This document shows, piece after piece, positions 62,520 through 64,000 of a DNA stretch of 64,000 bases. The stretch is from the NCBI RefSeq assembly GCF_050873065.1, contig NZ_JBNMIC010000005.1:18276-82275 (forward strand), read 5' to 3'. A program made the position numbers and the translations under genes. Position 1 is the first letter of the stretch. The number at the start of each line of letters is the position of its first letter. Below the pieces are notes generated by a model. That model did not search any database. It saw only the letters and a list, made by a program, of their open reading frames with translations, and was not told where the DNA came from. The DNA comes from Brotaphodocola sp. GTDB taxonomy: Bacteria > Bacillota > Clostridia > Lachnospirales > Lachnospiraceae.

Positions 62520-63941
62520 TTAAAAACGGAAATCGCGGATTCCCTCTTCAATTTTCTTTAAATGGTCAGCACAGATTTCCCGAACTTTCTCCTTCGGAAT
62601 GTTCAACAGTTCTGCCTCAATCAGCGCTTCGCCGATTTTTCTGGTATCCTCGGACGCATAGTCCATCAGATATTCTTTCAGGGTCATCAGCGCGTTCGGG
62701 TGACAGCAGTTCTGGATCTGGCCGCTCTTGCACAGGCTCATAAAGCGGTCGCCGGTGCGGCCCTCGCGGTAGCAGGCGGTGCAGAAGGAGGGGATGTATC
62801 CGAGCTCCATCAGCCATTTCACAACCTCATCAAGGGTTCTCTGATCTGACACATCGAACTGTTCCGTGTCAGTCGGGCGGATTTCCTCCTGATAACCGCC
62901 GACGGAGGTACGGGAACCGCCGCTGATCTGGGAGACTCCGAGGCGGATGACTTTCTCGCGGACTTTCTGGCTCTCTCTCGTGGAGATAATCATGCCGGTG
63001 TAGGGAACAGCGACGCGGATCAGGGCACAGAGTTTTGCAAAAATCTCGTCGCTGATTCCATTGTCGAAGGCATCCGGGTCAATGTCATCGGCATGCTTGA
63101 TTCGCGGAACACTGATCGTGTGAGGTCCGACCCCGTGAACGGCCTCGAGATGCTCTGCGTGCATCAGAAGACCGGCAAACTCGTACTTATACATCTCCAG
63201 ACCAAAGAGAACGCCAAGGCCGACATCGTCGATTCCGCCCTCCATAGCGCGGTCCATCGCCTCCGTGTGGTAGCAGTAATCATGCTTCGGACCGGTCGGG
63301 TGAAGGGCTTCATAACTCTCTTTGTGGTAAGTCTCCTGAAAGAGAATGTAGGTTCCGATTCCGGCTTCCTTGAGCTTTCTGTAATTTTCCACTGTTGTGG
63401 CAGCGATGTTGACATTGACTCTGCGGATGGCTCCGTTTTTGTGCTTGATGGAGTAGATCGTGTTGATGCACTCGAGAATGTACTCGATCGGGTTGTGAAG
63501 CGGATCCTCACCAGCCTCGATGGCGAGACGCTTATGTCCCATATCCTGAAGTGCGGTCACTTCGGCGGCAACTTCCTCCTGTGTCAGTTTTTTGCGGGCA
63601 ATGTGGCGGTTCTTGCTGTGATAAGGACAGTAGACGCAGCCGTTGATGCAGTAATTGGATAAGTAAAGAGGAGCAAACATGACGATGCGGTTGCCGTAAA
63701 ACTTCTTTTTCAGCTCTTCTGCGAGCGTGTAGAGTTCTTCGATTTTTTCCTGATTTTCGCAGGCGAGGAGAACAGACGCCTCGCGGTGAGTCAGACCTTT
63801 GCAGAGTCTGGCTTTTTCGATGATCTGGTCAATCAGCTCGAGATTATCTTTGTTTGCCTCGGCATATGCAAGAGTGTCAAGAATTTCCTGATGGTTGATA
63901 AATTCCTCTGCTTTCAGAGATTTTGGATTGTATGCGTACAT
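62520..63941 (-). CDS. hydG: [FeFe]-hydrogenase H-cluster radical SAM maturase HydG
   Basis: CINGCVYC; C-terminal CTAC-x22-C; adjacent to hydF. Confidence 0.95.
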   Translation of the reverse strand: MYAYNPKSLKAEEFINHQEILDTLAYAEANKDNLELIDQIIEKARLCKGLTHREASVLLACENQEKIEELYTLAEELKKKFYGNRIVMFAPLYLSNYCINGCVYCPYHSKNRHIARKKLTQEEVAAEVTALQDMGHKRLAIEAGEDPLHNPIEYILECINTIYSIKHKNGAIRRVNVNIAATTVENYRKLKEAGIGTYILFQETYHKESYEALHPTGPKHDYCYHTEAMDRAMEGGIDDVGLGVLFGLEMYKYEFAGLLMHAEHLEAVHGVGPHTISVPRIKHADDIDPDAFDNGISDEIFAKLCALIRVAVPYTGMIISTRESQKVREKVIRLGVSQISGGSRTSVGGYQEEIRPTDTEQFDVSDQRTLDEVVKWLMELGYIPSFCTACYREGRTGDRFMSLCKSGQIQNCCHPNALMTLKEYLMDYASEDTRKIGEALIEAELLNIPKEKVREICADHLKKIEEGIRDFRF

Positions 63942-64000
63942 AATGATTTTTCCTTTCTTGCAGGTCAGCGAAAGTGCGTGACCCCAGATGCTGTTCTTAC

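Noticed and set aside
63945-64000. 3' end of a gene upstream of hydG (hydE or TM1266-type regulator)
   Set aside because: A minus-strand frame ends ...VRTASGVTHFR-stop, but it is too short to identify.

Overview
A 64-kb chromosomal segment, almost certainly from a Lachnospiraceae-type Clostridia bacterium (inferred from gene repertoire and order). It carries housekeeping genes (ftsH paralog, uvrB, murA, metK, secDF-tgt-yajC), the complete S10-spc-alpha ribosomal protein superoperon (39571-55902) and four tRNAs (Asn, Glu, Ile2-type CAT, Asp). It also has a SAM-I riboswitch, a singlet glycine riboswitch, the SCIFF ranthipeptide pair scfA/scfB (scfA is missing from the ORF track), a group B [FeFe]-hydrogenase, the maturases hydG/hydF, a binding-protein/histidine-kinase/AraC-regulator module with no permease, and five surface proteins, three of them beside a divergent LCP enzyme. 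I found no CRISPR array, integrase or transposase. The least explained signal is in the intergenic DNA: two families of short multi-hairpin dispersed elements (called A and B here), each with several copies, plus one further hairpin element (C). They show compensatory base changes between copies and nest inside each other. One 19-bp perfect inverted-repeat pair of family B brackets two divergent vanZ genes like a mobilisable cassette. Several ribosomal-operon spacers also hold unexplained structured or duplicated motifs, namely a 70-bp tandem duplication before rpsH and a duplicated GTAAGTCC hairpin before rplQ. All calls come from reading the sequence; no searches were run.
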